The position numbers were made by a program, and so were the translations under genes. A stretch of DNA of 64,000 nucleotides from Octopus vulgaris (lineage: Eukaryota): assembly GCA_951406725.2 (NCBI GenBank), contig OX597831.1, positions 37,572,001 to 37,636,000 of the forward strand, written 5' to 3'. Below the pieces are notes generated by a model. It did not search any database, had not been told where the DNA came from, and saw only the letters and a list, made by a program, of their open reading frames with translations. Shown in pieces: positions 14,079 through 26,836 of the stretch. Every line of letters begins with the position of its first letter. The first letter of the stretch is position 1.

Positions 14079-14240
14079 TAATCCAAACAAGAAAACACAA
14101 AAAAAACACAACAACGCGAGGACGTGGAACAAATAAAGTATTATTGGACGCTCAGGGAAGAAGGATGGTTTAACGTTTCGAGCGGAGCTCTTCGTCGGAA
14201 ACATAGGAGAAGGAAAGATCCCGAGAAGGGGAGACAGAGG

Positions 14241-14243
<3 letters not shown>
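14073..14243 (-). mobile_element. Short (TA)n-inserted element with hammerhead-like motif
   Basis: TA tracts on both sides; same 3' end (ggattaact) as the copies at 23695-23801 and 41750-41820. Confidence 0.7.
14168..14202 (-). ncRNA. Putative minimal type-I hammerhead ribozyme, variant core
   Basis: rc reads GTTT-CCGACGA-A-GAGC-TCC-GCTC-GAA-ACGT-T-AAAC: stems I and II pair, stem III is palindromic, U4 is replaced by C. Confidence 0.5.
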
Positions 14244-14275
<32 letters not shown>

Positions 14276-14695
14276 CTATATATAAGGGAACAAAGTATCT
14301 TACTTTCATTGTAAGTTGAATTTAACGCTAGCGTCTTATGAAGCTAAATTTCTATGTTCTAAAATTGCAGAATAATTCGTTACTAGGAAGTTTAACTTAA
14401 TGGTAAAGCACTTGACGCGTAATCACAAGGACTTGAGATCGAGTCACATGGCTGGCCGGTAACGTAGTTTCCTGCAATGTATGAATAATGTATCCTGTTC
14501 ACGCTATTTTATTAGCATTATAACGGGTTTGAGACTAAAAAAATTATATATATATATCTGTACGTAAATGTCGAAAGGTGAAAAGAGTGGTGGATATATA
14601 TTTTCTTTATATGTGAATTAAGACACTAGCATATTTTCCTACTTTTCATGGCACCCAAAATCAATGGTAGACTTAATTCATAGATGAAAAAAATA

Positions 14696-14788
<93 letters not shown>

Positions 14789-15014
14789 GCATATATATGC
14801 TCGCGAGCATGTGTGTCTACTGTAGTTTGTAGACTGAAATGTATGTGCATGGTAGATATAAAGAGCTCAACTGAGCCATCGTTATGCACTGGAATCTTCT
14901 TCAAGGAACGTAACGTATTTTTTATATCCACTTCTTATCCCATTGCGGCGCCTCTGTAAGTCCAACCTTCTTTTCCTTTTGCTCTCGTTTACGGTATATT
15001 TTTGCTTTCGATGA

Positions 15015-15042
15015 CTATCATCACCATTATCATCACCATCAT

Positions 15043-15101
<59 letters not shown>

Positions 15102-15260
15102 CCATCATCACCATTAACATTATCATTATCATCTTTATCATCAACACCACAGCCACCGTCACCGCCACTACTTCCATCATCAACATCATGACGATCATCA
15201 GGATCATGATCGTTATTATTACTGTTAGTAGTATTAGTAGTATTGTTGGTAGTAGCAATA
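15015..15260. repeat. Degenerate (CAT)n/(TAG)n trinucleotide array
   Basis: Direct reading. Confidence 0.95.
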
Positions 15261-15371
15261 CTTGAGCGCGGTCTTTTGTACTCATCTCATGTCTATAATC
15301 TATGACCAGCCTCGACATGTAATTGGACACCTTGAAGCCTTTCACTTTATTTCATTTCATTTCCTTTGTCT

Positions 15372-15445
15372 CTTCTTCTTCTTCTTCTTCTTCTTCTTCT
15401 TCTTCTTCTTCTTCTTCTTCCTCTTCTCTTCCTCCTCCTCCACCT

Positions 15446-15480
<35 letters not shown>
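15372..15480. repeat. (TTC)n array
   Basis: Direct reading. Confidence 0.95.
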
Positions 15481-16689
15481 TTTATATTTTGTCAAATGAT
15501 TCTTATCTACAGGCAACGCTTTCCTCTCTCCAGCGTTTTCTATATTGTTTTCGCTTTTTCTCTCTCTCTCTTTTGTTTTTAATCTCTTTAAGTTCTCTCT
15601 GATTCATTGCCGGTTTCAATGCGGACATGCTTGAAAGTCCTCATTATTTTCTCATTAGTGCAATGTTTTGCTCGACTCGCAGTAAAACTAAAGAGTGCGT
15701 TTCTCTCTTTTTTTCTTCTTTTGTTGTCCTATGATGCTTTCATTGCTTCTTTTTTGTCTCCCCTTTTTTACTCTTATGATGTTTTTGTTGCTGTTATTGA
15801 TGTTAATGTTGCCACTTAAATTTGTTGCAGCTCTTCCTCGTGTTTTAGTTTTTCACCATAATTATATATGCTTACAACAAATACTGCTCCTTTTATGCCA
15901 CGCATTTTTAACAGGTCCATAAAGAATGTATGATAGCTAATTGAATGCTCGAAAATATTATGAATTGTGCTTTGTTTGTATTCTTATCGTTTTTCTTTTG
16001 TTTTCCGAAAACAATTCAGAAAAAAAATAAAAGCCTTCAGAAAAACATTTCCCATAAATTCATTTTAAAACAAGATACCGTGGTAGTTTATGATATGGTA
16101 AATTATCTCCAGCATTCTGCATCATTTCGATGCAAAGTTTCCCTTGAGCAAGAAAGCAAGATTTCGAAGATATCAAGGAAGAAATGCTAGTTTAAAATTC
16201 CGGGTTATGTAACCGTGAAGTTTGTGACAAGAAAGCAACGTAAAGAGACAACCGAGCTGTCTAATATCTGAACATTTTCTCTTTCCTGTGTATCACAAGT
16301 GATACACAAGGCATATCACTGGGGTCCATGCATCATACAAGATGCACATTCAAAATGTTTGCAATCATCAGATGAACTCGGAGATTTATGTAAGGAAGTT
16401 GTATATAACTCAGAGGGAATGCAACACTGGATAACTAAAAGTCTGAAAACAAGAATGGAGGTTATGAAATTGCTTTGGACAGGCAAATGATTAATAAGTC
16501 CTTGATTTTTTTCAGTTCCTTAACTTTGTACTTTAAATAGTCGCGAAATGTTTTAGATGTAGCCTCTACGGCATTCGGAACCGAATATTGATCTAAAAAT
16601 GTATTTACTCTATCTCGAATTTGCATTCCTATCTCTAGTCAGAGCCAAAATGAGGAAATGTATCCTAAATGGAAGAAACAATTAGTTTT

Positions 16690-16845
16690 AATCACGAAGG
16701 GCCTCTTTCTGTTTTCGGCCATTAGATCCACGCATAAAACGTCGGTAGGTCTGAAGATACCTGTCCAAGTTGCTATGGAATGGGACTGAACCGAAAACCA
16801 TTTGTTTGCGAAGCAAGCCTCTAACCATCCAGTTACACCTACGGC
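16690..16845 (-). mobile_element. SINE family A, degenerate 5' fragment
   Basis: tgggactgaacc B box and aagcaagc match family A. Confidence 0.6.
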
Positions 16846-17507
16846 ATTGACTACATTGCACTTTTAAATTCTCTTTTGTTCAAAGTTTGTTATTAAAGTT
16901 TGTCATATACCTCAGTACCAGCATGGTGTCGGCAGTTGCGGTTGAGTATGAGCTCTGTAGAATACAGCTTTTCTTTAAAGATAATTAAGCATGTTCTTCA
17001 ATGGTTTCGTCTCAAACATTGTAACAGAACTGTTATTTACTACAGTGATTTTGAAATTGGAAAATTTTAGTTTCATTATAAATGATATTTCACAGGTTTC
17101 TTTAGTTTTTATTAATACAAAGCTAAGATATACATTCCTGAATTTCATTCTTCAACATGGTGTTGTGCAAACAAAATTCAGATCGTCATAATTCTATAAA
17201 ATATGGTAATTTATTCTTCCCACTTTTAGTAGTCATAACTCATCTATGAGAAAGACTGATCTAATACATGTATGTACCCCAGCATGGCCGTAGCCAAATG
17301 ACTGAAACAAATAAAAGATTAAAAGCAAAAGAGATTGTGTATTTCCATTTAAAAAGAGTTGGGTATATATGTCATTCGTTTGACTGCTATTTCTAGCTGG
17401 ACAAACAGCTCTGTTGCATGTTGATGTGATATATCTCAAAGCTCGCCTGGTCTAGCAGGCCCACAATCAAAACCATCTTACACAGAGAACTGTTCGTACT
17501 TACTGAT

Positions 17508-17818
17508 ACTTCCGTCTGTTACAACGACGAGTGTTCCAGATGATTTGATCAACGAACAACCTGTTCGAGGAATCAAATGTGAAAGTGTCTGAGTACTCCA
17601 CAGACACCTGTATGCTTCACGTAATTCTCAGCGAGATTCAGCGTGACACAGGGTATGACAAGGTAGGCATTTGAAACACAGGTACAATCCTTTTTTATCA
17701 ACCGGGTGGACTGGAATAAAGTGTCTTGCTCAAGGAAACAACGCGCCACCGAATATCGAACTCACGACGGTACGATCGTGAGCGAAACACACAAATCTCT
17801 AAGCTATACGTCTTCACG
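17508..17818 (-). mobile_element. SINE family C
   Basis: tRNA-like head (gagttcgatattc), CORE-like ttccttgagcaagacacttt, tail shared with 29688-30008. Confidence 0.85.
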
Positions 17819-18820
17819 TTGAGCACATTCTTAGACACAAACACATACATTCATACACAGAAGAACCGTTCGTTTTAATCAGTCGACGACGTCGTTTCAA
17901 CGATTTTAGCTGTTTTCCTTGTCTTAAAAATCAAATCAGTTTCAATTCACACTTCGCCAGCTTTAAGAGAAAAAAAGATGGAGGACGTTTTAGACACTTC
18001 TTATCATGGATCTCTAAGTACAGACGGTATGAACACGGCTGAACCGATATCAGTCATAACTTTTCACGACCAGAGCAGATTTGGTGCTAAACAACAGAGA
18101 CAACAAAACCAACAACAACAAAAACAACAGCCGCAGCAGAAACAGCGCCGTTAGTAGCTGCAGCAACAAAGACAAGAACAGCGTGAGCACTTGACAATAG
18201 AACCATCTTCAATAAAACAACCGATATTGTAGAAAAGAAGCAACAAAAATATGAAAAATATTCATGGAAGCAATACTTATTATAAAACATAATATGAAAC
18301 TTAATATAGAAAGAACACAATCTGATAGCAGACAGCATCAGTGAGAACATGTAAGAAAACAAAAAATCAACAATGAAAGCAAAATTCAATATCAACCAAT
18401 GATAAACAAGAGATTTAAAGTAACATAGAACAAAAAAGAAAAAAAAAACAAACTCTCATGTTTCTATCCTATTATTGGTAAAAAGGAAATACCAATCTAC
18501 ATCCTATAGATGGTGGGTTGAAGAGGAACAAGACACATTGATGTTTATATGGGTCTTGGGAAATTATTGATCCAAACAAGAGAACGTAAAACCATTATAA
18601 GTAAGAAAATATAAAGACGGAATGCAACGCTGCAAAAGAGAACAAAAAGCAAAAGAACTGTCACCAATGCACACAGCACATAAAAGCATGCACCAATACA
18701 CACAAGCACACACATACACAAACATACACACACGCATATATATACTTATATATATGTATATGCACCCACACATGTATGCGTGCATATAGACGAATATGTA
18801 AGAAAATACATTTCTATGTA

Positions 18821-18854
<34 letters not shown>

Positions 18855-18855
<1 letters not shown>

Positions 18856-18972
18856 ATAGATAGATAGATAGATAGATAGATATACAAATAGATAGTTAGA
18901 TAGATAGATAGATAGATAAATAAATAGATAGATAGATAGATAGATAAATATATAGATACACAAATAGATAGT

Positions 18973-19038
<66 letters not shown>

Positions 19039-19064
19039 GATAGATAGATAGACAAATAGATAGT

Positions 19065-19100
<36 letters not shown>

Positions 19101-19230
19101 AAGATAGATAAATAGATAGATAAATAGACAGATAGATAGAGAGACAAATAGATAGTTATATAGATAGATAGTTAGATAGATAGATGGATAGATAGATAGA
19201 TTTATGTATATCAATCTATCTATCTACTTG
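18855..19230. repeat. (TAGA)n/GATA array
   Basis: Direct reading. Confidence 0.95.
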
Positions 19231-19479
19231 TATATATGTGTGTGAGTGTGTGTTTGTGCATGTAACAATGCATTACAAACTGAAAAATAAATACTATTGG
19301 AGATTGAAGGCCTGTATGTATGCATGTTTATTGTGCGTGTGACATTGGGTGGACCCGTATTTGAATAAATATTTAGAAAGTGAAAAAAAATTGCGTTGAA
19401 ACAGGTATGTTAGACATTCATATAATGATATGTAAATCGACAGACACGGGAAAAGAAATCATTGCACAAAAATACATAC

Positions 19480-19533
<54 letters not shown>

Positions 19534-19603
19534 GGGAAATTATACAAAATGTGTGAGTACCGAACACACTTAGACATTTGCTCATATATACTAACATATA
19601 TAC

Positions 19604-19641
<38 letters not shown>

Positions 19642-19717
19642 TCATACACGACTTCATACTCACATAGATAGATTCAGATATATATATTTATGTGCATATT
19701 CATGTATCTATGCATAC

Positions 19718-19769
<52 letters not shown>

Positions 19770-20436
19770 ACATAGATATATATACATATATATAATTATA
19801 TGTGTGCATATGCATATACATATACGTGTGTGTGTTTGTGTGAGTACATGTGTGTGGTCGTAGATGTGCATATATGTATGCATGTATGTCTGTCTTCGTG
19901 TATACATGTATAAAGGCATACAAGAAGAACTCAAATTTTCTACTTTATCGGTCAATTTCTTTAATAGTTGAGACGAGAAAAAATTCCAAAGTCTTCTTTC
20001 TGACGCAGGGAGCAATTTGTGGCAATATATTCCAATCACATCCCCGCACTCGTCGTATTTGACTTGCAACAAATTGAATTCGTAAATTATATTTGAATTT
20101 GCGAATAGCAACTTTGCCATAGAAAACTTTCAGTCCCGAATGCATGGATTGGATATATTAAGCGATATAAAAGGCTCATCACTAAATAAGTCAATTTTCC
20201 TTTCAGCCAACCTATTGGAAATAAAATATATATTTAGCTTTGACAGGAAAAAATTAGCACTGAAACAGAAAATTTATAGCATATAAAATATTGTTACGAT
20301 CATTTAATCATTGTAAGCATATATGCATCGTTACGTAAATCGTTTTGCCGCCATGTCATTTTCAAGGGATTTCCTCAACGTGAAACATCGCAGAAATGTT
20401 CGCACTATAGCCCAGGTTATCTAAGGCAGTATTATT

Positions 20437-20851
20437 AATTTATTTATTGCCCAAAGCGGGCTAAACATAGTGGGGCAAACTAGTACAGACAAGGGGATTA
20501 AGTCGATTACATTGACCCTAGTCATTAACTGGTACTTATTCAATCGACTGCGAAAGAATGAAAGGGAAAGTCGACCTCAGCGGAATCTGAACTCAGAACG
20601 TAACGGCAGGCGAAATACCTATTTCTTTACTACCCACAATGGGCTAAACACAGAGAGGACAAACAAGGACAGACAAACGGATTAAGTCGATTATATCGAC
20701 CCCAGTGCGTATCTAGTATTTATTTAATCGACCCCGAAAGAATGAAAGGCAAAGTCGACCTCGGCGGAATTTGAACTCTGAACGTAGCGGCAGACGAAAT
20801 ACTGCTAAGCATTTCGCCCGACGTGGTAACGTTTCTGCCAGCTCGCCGCCT
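20437..20851 (-). mobile_element. SINE family B, dimeric copy
   Basis: Full monomer 20618-20851 joined to a 5'-truncated monomer at gaaatac|ctatttcttt. Confidence 0.9.
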
Positions 20852-21190
20852 TGGCCGTGTTATTGAAATTGTCACATGATATGATATGAGCTCTCTCGTC
20901 GTTAAACAACTGATGAAGATTCGGTAATTTTTTGCCGGACAAACGCACAATGGATGTGTTTAGAGTGATCAAATGTTCGTGCTCACGTTAACTCACGCCC
21001 GAAATCAAATCGATAATACATGCCTGAACAGCTGCACAATGTGCCACATGTCAGATGACGAAATAATAGCGGAGAAACGTGAAATGTAGTGCTTTGTTCA
21101 AGAATGCATCGTAACGCCCGGTCTGGGAATCGAAAGCATGATCTCGCAATCGGGATCTCGCAATCAGGATCTTGCATTTGTGAGTAAGTA

Positions 21191-21424
21191 ACCTATTTCT
21201 TTATTACCCACAAGGAGCTAAACATAGAGGGGACAAACAGAGACAGACATAGGTATTAAGTCGATTACATCGACCCCAGTGCGTAACTGGTGCTTAATTT
21301 ATCGACCCCGAAAGGATGAAAGGCAAAGTCGACTTCGGCGGTATTTGAACTCAGAACGTAACGACAGACGAAATACCGCTAAGCATTTCGCCCGGCGCGC
21401 TAACGTGTCTGCCAGCTCGCCGCC
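21191..21424 (-). mobile_element. SINE family B, full monomer
   Basis: ggcggcgagctggcag head, gagttcaaat B box, gcctttcatcctttcggggtcgataaattaag domain; gtaagtaacc on both flanks (TSD-like). Confidence 0.92.
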
Positions 21425-21709
21425 TTATTTGTAAGTAACCACTACGTGATGCAAGACGCTGACTACAAAGCCATATATATGCATGTGAGTATGTATGTAT
21501 GTATGTATGTATGTATTTATGTATGTACGTACGTACGCATGTATGTGTGTGTATGCATGTACGTGTGTGAGTGTGTGTTTGTTTATGTGGTAAAGCATCA
21601 ACAAGCAGAATAACACTCGAGAAGCTCAGAGATAAAAGATAATGTTATGATAACAAATATCTCAGAAATATTATGAAGTACAGCCTCCCACGATTTTCTG
21701 GCAGATACA

Positions 21710-22080
21710 CTACTTTATTTCGCCATATTTTAAACGACAAAAAAAAAACCACTTTACAGTTGGATTTTAAGGAGATGAAATTTGAAGAATAAATGAACGC
21801 TCGTGCGGAAGACGACACATGGAAAAAGAAAAATATGCAGGGGAGATAACCAACTATTCTATAAACAAATGTCTTAAAAGCGTAAACAAGACATCATAAA
21901 CCATTAATGTCTTGTTTACGCCTTTGTGAGATTTTTTAGTGGTAGCTTTCGGTATTTTCTGAATGTTTTCCCTTCGATCTTCTTCCTTGTGAGCATTCTT
22001 TCTTCAAATGGCATCTGCTTATGAATTGGCTGACAAACGGTATTCGTCTCAGCTTCGAAAATAGCGATATAAATTAGTTT
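21710..22080. mobile_element. Old palindromic MITE-like element
   Basis: Perfect central arms gcgtaaacaagacat/atgtcttgtttacgc; diverged outer arms (taaggagatgaaatttgaagaa vs rc taagcagatgccatttgaagaa). Confidence 0.6.
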
Positions 22081-22171
22081 CCGTTAGGAAACCCTGGGTA
22101 ACTATATTTTACAGGACTTGTAGTTTTTACTATAACATTATATACTTAAGTATATATATATATATTTATTT

Positions 22172-22370
22172 ATAATATTAATTAGAGACAAAACCACTAT
22201 TTTGCAAATATTTTTTTATGTATTGGATTAAGTCTTTCTTTGTTTGATTTGCAAAATAGTGGTTTTGTCTCTAATTAATATTATATAATATATTACTATA
22301 AAATTGGATTCAACCCTAAATCTGATTTTTCCCTGTAAATTTGGATTTATTCCCTAATATTTATTATTAT

Positions 22371-22376
<6 letters not shown>
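22172..22376. mobile_element. (TA)n-inserted element with 38-bp inverted terminal duplication
   Basis: ataatattaattagagacaaaaccactattttgcaaat and its exact reverse complement about 37 bp downstream. Confidence 0.7.
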
Positions 22377-22431
<55 letters not shown>

Positions 22432-22667
22432 TAGATATACATATATATATAGCAAACATTTCTAAATCTCTAAGAGAGCTTTATATAGTAGAGGCAGAAG
22501 AAAGTGATGGTATGTTGTCAACTTAATGTGACAGTTCCATGAAAATGAAGAATGCTACTGCTATTTGGCCCCGGGAAACACAGTTTCCTGTTGGCCTTGA
22601 CGCATTTCCTGTGTTCTTATAATTACAATGTTGAGATAAGCACCTCCACCCAGAGAAGTCAGCAAGC

Positions 22668-22704
22668 GGAGACTAGTTTCAGAGTCATTGCTCATCATCA
22701 GTCT
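22668..22704 (-). ncRNA. Putative minimal type-I hammerhead ribozyme, canonical core
   Basis: rc reads AGA-CTGATGA-TGAG-CAATGA-CTCT-GAA-ACTAGT-C-TCC: CUGAUGA, GAAA, palindromic stem III, GUC cleavage triplet; lies inside a TA-flanked unique segment (~22450-22848). Confidence 0.65.
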
Positions 22705-22844
22705 GGTGTAGCATGGCTTGCTAGCTGTCGATGCCTATCTGCCTTTGTAAACATATAATAATTCAAGTGAAATACATTCACTGATTTCGAAAATAGAAAC
22801 AATACGTTTCTAAATCTCTCTTCCCTTTCATGGGACTGTCACAT

Positions 22845-22930
<86 letters not shown>

Positions 22931-22939
22931 ATATATATC

Positions 22940-22988
<49 letters not shown>

Positions 22989-23694
22989 GTAAATATATAT
23001 ATATATATATACACACACACATATATGTGTACATGCGTGTGGGTGTGTTTCCATCTATTCCGCTAAAACCAATCGTTGTTAAACTTTTTACGCTCTACAA
23101 ATTAGCAGTTCGCTTAAAGAGTTCAATACTATAAGTGTCCTGCTAGTGATAAAGAGGTTCCAGTAACGCTATATTGTCGTGCTCCAGCATGGCAATAGTT
23201 ATAATGTATGAAACAAGTACAAATGCAAAGGGGTAAAGAAAATAATGAATAGAACAGGATAGCATACACTGATGAGATATGTAAATTGTGACTAAAGAAT
23301 TTGGCATATATATGTCAATAATATGTGACTTGACACACAAAGAATATTAGAGTGATATCTTAGTGAAATTTTCATCTGTAAATTATCACAGCTTGTTTTT
23401 CTCACACATAACTAACTTATTGCTGCATTTCACTTAACGCCTAATTTACACTTAACTGAAGAAATGGATATTTCATGCTCTATCTTGTATGACTTTGCTT
23501 TTTGTCTTTCTGGAGGTAAAGTTCAATGAGTAAAGAATTGTAGACTTCCGAAAACTCCGAGAGCCTGCCAAAATTGTTTGTGTTGTAGGCATAGAAAGAT
23601 ATATACACACACACGCATGCACGCGCACACACACAAACACACACGAACACATACATTATAAATCTATTCGTTCTTTTGCACAAATTAATATGTG

Positions 23695-23801
23695 TAATCC
23701 TCCTTCTTTCCTTGTTTCCTGAGCTTCCAATAATACTATACTTGTTCCATGTCTTCGCGTTGTTGTGTTTTCTCTTTGCGTTTTCATGTTTGGATTAACT
23801 T
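23695..23801 (+). mobile_element. 5'-truncated copy of the 14073-14243 element
   Basis: ccaataatact...tcgcgttgttgtgtttt...ggattaact followed by (TA)n. Confidence 0.8.
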
Positions 23802-23809
23802 TATATATA

Positions 23810-23845
<36 letters not shown>

Positions 23846-23851
23846 TGTATG

Positions 23852-23910
<59 letters not shown>

Positions 23911-23939
23911 ATATATATATATATATATATATGGGGAGA

Positions 23940-24021
23940 GAGGGAGAGGAAAATTTGATCAGAGAACAAACATCTAATTCGAGTCAATGACTTTATGTAA
24001 CACCACGCTTCCATACATTTG

Positions 24022-24084
<63 letters not shown>

Positions 24085-24630
24085 TACCATAGCCTTTAAC
24101 ATATAAAAAAGAATACATATAAAAGAAACACAGAAGGTAAAAATTATATATATTCAAATAAGAATACAATTATGTAGAACGGCTTATCAAGAATGTATAT
24201 AAATTCAAGTAAAAATTCTGAAGCCTTTCATGCGACCAAAAACCTAAATAAAATACCAATCCACTAAAAATCTTTTCCTCACCCAAATTACAAATATGTC
24301 AATAAAGTTCATCTCTTAAAAGCCATGGTAGACTGGAGTCCAGGAGCGTAAGAGAGTTCTAGAAAATCAAGTCAAACACATGAATTATTTTAGTCGATTG
24401 ATTTGTTTTAGGGTTTTAGTTGCATGACACACTTTAGAATTTTTATTCGATTCTATATACATTCTATATATTTGTATTTTTATTGCATATATATATATTT
24501 ATATATGAATTTTTTTTTATATATTGAATGCCATGGTAATATATATATATGATCAAACGTATGGGAGCGTGGTGTTGACACGAATTTGATGCTTGTTCTC
24601 TAATCAATATCTTTTAATCTCTGTCTCACT
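23940..24630. mobile_element. Diverged fold-back element (~300-bp arms)
   Basis: caccacgcttccatacatttgatca vs tgatcaaacgtatgggagcgtggtg; gaatgtatata..aaaaattct..tcatgc..aaa.cctaaa..actaaaaat is mirrored at 24385-24540. Confidence 0.7.
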
Positions 24631-24709
24631 TTTATTTTGAGCACTTCTGTTTTTGTAGTCTTATAAACGCTTTTGACCCAGTAAAAAGAGAGGAAAATTA
24701 TTTCATGTC

Positions 24710-24756
<47 letters not shown>

Positions 24757-24760
<4 letters not shown>

Positions 24761-25040
24761 TGTGATCAACCAGGCTATTAGATGTTGCTACACATTGCTG
24801 GTCACAATGCGCTTCGTATTGTTTTAGCCTTCAAATGACGCCATCCCACTGGGTAACCGAGCAGGCCAATAAAAGAGAGAGTGAGAGAAAGTTGTGGCGA
24901 AAGATTACAGCAGGGACGCCACCATCACCTGCCGGAGCCTCGTGGAACTTTTAGGTGTTTTCGCTCAATAAACACTCACAGCGCCTATTCTGGGAATCGA
25001 AACCACGAGTCCGCTGCCCTAACCACAAGGTAATGGCGCA
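24757..25040 (-). mobile_element. SINE family D variant (different 3' tail)
   Basis: Head and middle (gcagcggactcg, gagcgaaaacacctaa, ggctccggcag, tttcgccacaacttt) shared with 41188-41495. Confidence 0.8.
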
Positions 25041-25135
25041 TCTCCCCCCCTCTCTCTCTACACACACACACACACCGGCGCATTCTCTGATGGCCCGGAG
25101 AAGACGACTGAACCCGATCGCTTTTTTTTTCTGTA

Positions 25136-25210
25136 TTGTTACCATTAGCCCTGTTTTTTCTTGTTACCATTAGCCCTGTTTTTTCTTGTTACCATTAGCC
25201 CTGTTTTTTC
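25136..25210. repeat. 25-bp minisatellite x3
   Basis: (ttgttaccattagccctgttttttc)3. Confidence 0.95.
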
Positions 25211-25561
25211 ATGCGTATATAGACGCATATATGAACCTTTATGGTGCGCGTGTTTGTGTGTGGGGGTTTGTATGTATATACATATATATTTGGCTAATAG
25301 TGAGAGTGAGGATGTGTATGTTTTCAAGTGAGGGTGGACGAACGTATACTTTTAGGCGCACGCACATGGGTGTGCGGGCTCGCATGTGTAGGTATGAACA
25401 GGCGCGTTTACGCGAATACTATGAACTATTTAACCCCTTACTTTACTACCTCCCCTTAGTTAGCGGTCATTCAAATAGCTCTTTTGTCTTAATAACGCTA
25501 AATCACACGATAATTTCCCTTTGTATAACAGTCATTTTTCATAGAATTTTTCCGATGGTCG

Positions 25562-25622
25562 GATAACTGAAGAGATAGCGGCGGGGATTTTCACCTCGTG
25601 AACCGAAACTTGGAGTTTTATC
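25562..25622 (+). ncRNA. Putative type-I hammerhead ribozyme with long stem II
   Basis: GATAA-CTGAAGA-(31 nt)-GAA-ACTTGGAGT-T-TTATC: perfect 5-bp stem I and canonical core; stem II pairs weakly in this copy. Confidence 0.55.
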
Positions 25623-25687
25623 ATGGCTACCGAATAATTGTCACATATTACATTTATAGATAAATTCATCTATTTAAAATAATATTG

Positions 25688-25777
<90 letters not shown>

Positions 25778-25779
<2 letters not shown>

Positions 25780-26030
25780 GAAATATGTTACGAAAAGAAA
25801 ATATAAAATACACGTGGAAATGTAAGGGTAAAATATGAAAAATCAACGAAAATGCATATTGCAAATAGAAGAAGGCTATTTATGACAGGTAGTGACAAAT
25901 ATATACATTTAGATTGACTGAGGTAGTAATACGAGTCATAAAGGTCATTAGTATGAGATGATTATAAGATGATAATAAAGTAAGAGAACAAAACGAACCA
26001 GTGTTTTGCGCGAAGACTATTCACCGTTTA
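25778..26030 (-). mobile_element. (TA)n-inserted element, same family as 61097-61350
   Basis: Aligns end to end in inverted orientation with 61097-61350; TA tracts on both sides. Confidence 0.85.
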
Positions 26031-26459
26031 TATATATATATGGGTCATCACATTTGCTTAAGGTAAAAATGAATTCCTCGCTCTTTCGGAAACATCAATC
26101 TTCTGTATTGACCGCTTTCCACCACTTTGATCTGTTTTTTTGTATTGAATACGTATCGCCACCGTGGGCCACTGCATCGAACACTTTGAACATATACTTC
26201 AAACTATATATCAACTATACATGAACTATATATCAACTATACATGAACTCTAAGATGTCTGACTCCGTTGTGTATTATAAATGAATTTCTTGTGTTTGAC
26301 GGCATGAGCTGTCTTTTTTTATATATAATAATGTATATATATAAAAATTAAAAATTGTGTAATTGTATAATACAGCAGCATTTTCGAACTTCATTTTTTA
26401 CAAATATATACCTACTCGTATACGAGCTAATCCTATTATAAATATATATATATATATAT

Positions 26460-26665
26460 TGATAAAAATGGTAAGACAACAAAAGAATGAAAGAGACCTC
26501 GATATTAGGTAAATGGAGGAATCTATCTGTAAAAGTAATATGTGACAACTATTCGGTAGCCATGATGAAACTCCGAGTTTCGGCGTGGATTTCCACCTCG
26601 GTATCTGAAACTCGGAGTTTAAACATGGCTACCGTATAATTCTCACATATTACTTTTAGAGATAC
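26460..26665. mobile_element. Inverted pair of truncated copies of the 25562 hammerhead-bearing element
   Basis: aaaagtaatatgtgacaactattcggtagccatgatgaaactccgagtttc mirrored by gaaactcggagtttaaacatggctaccgtataattctcacatattactttt. Confidence 0.8.
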
Positions 26666-26773
26666 ATATATAGTTAGATTAGATAGACAGATAGATAGAT
26701 ATCGTGGCACTCCGTCGGTTACATTATTTGTATAAATATGTATATTTATATTATATATATATATGTGTGTATC

Positions 26774-26836
<63 letters not shown>

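Noticed and set aside
16286-16490. Possible terminal exon after a pyrimidine tract (63-aa ORF)
   Set aside because: No recognisable domain and no linked exons
18088-18460. Q/T/K-rich coding-like stretch
   Set aside because: Degenerate (CAA)n low-complexity DNA with stops
25136-25210. CRISPR-like repeat
   Set aside because: Units are contiguous with no spacers, and the context is eukaryotic
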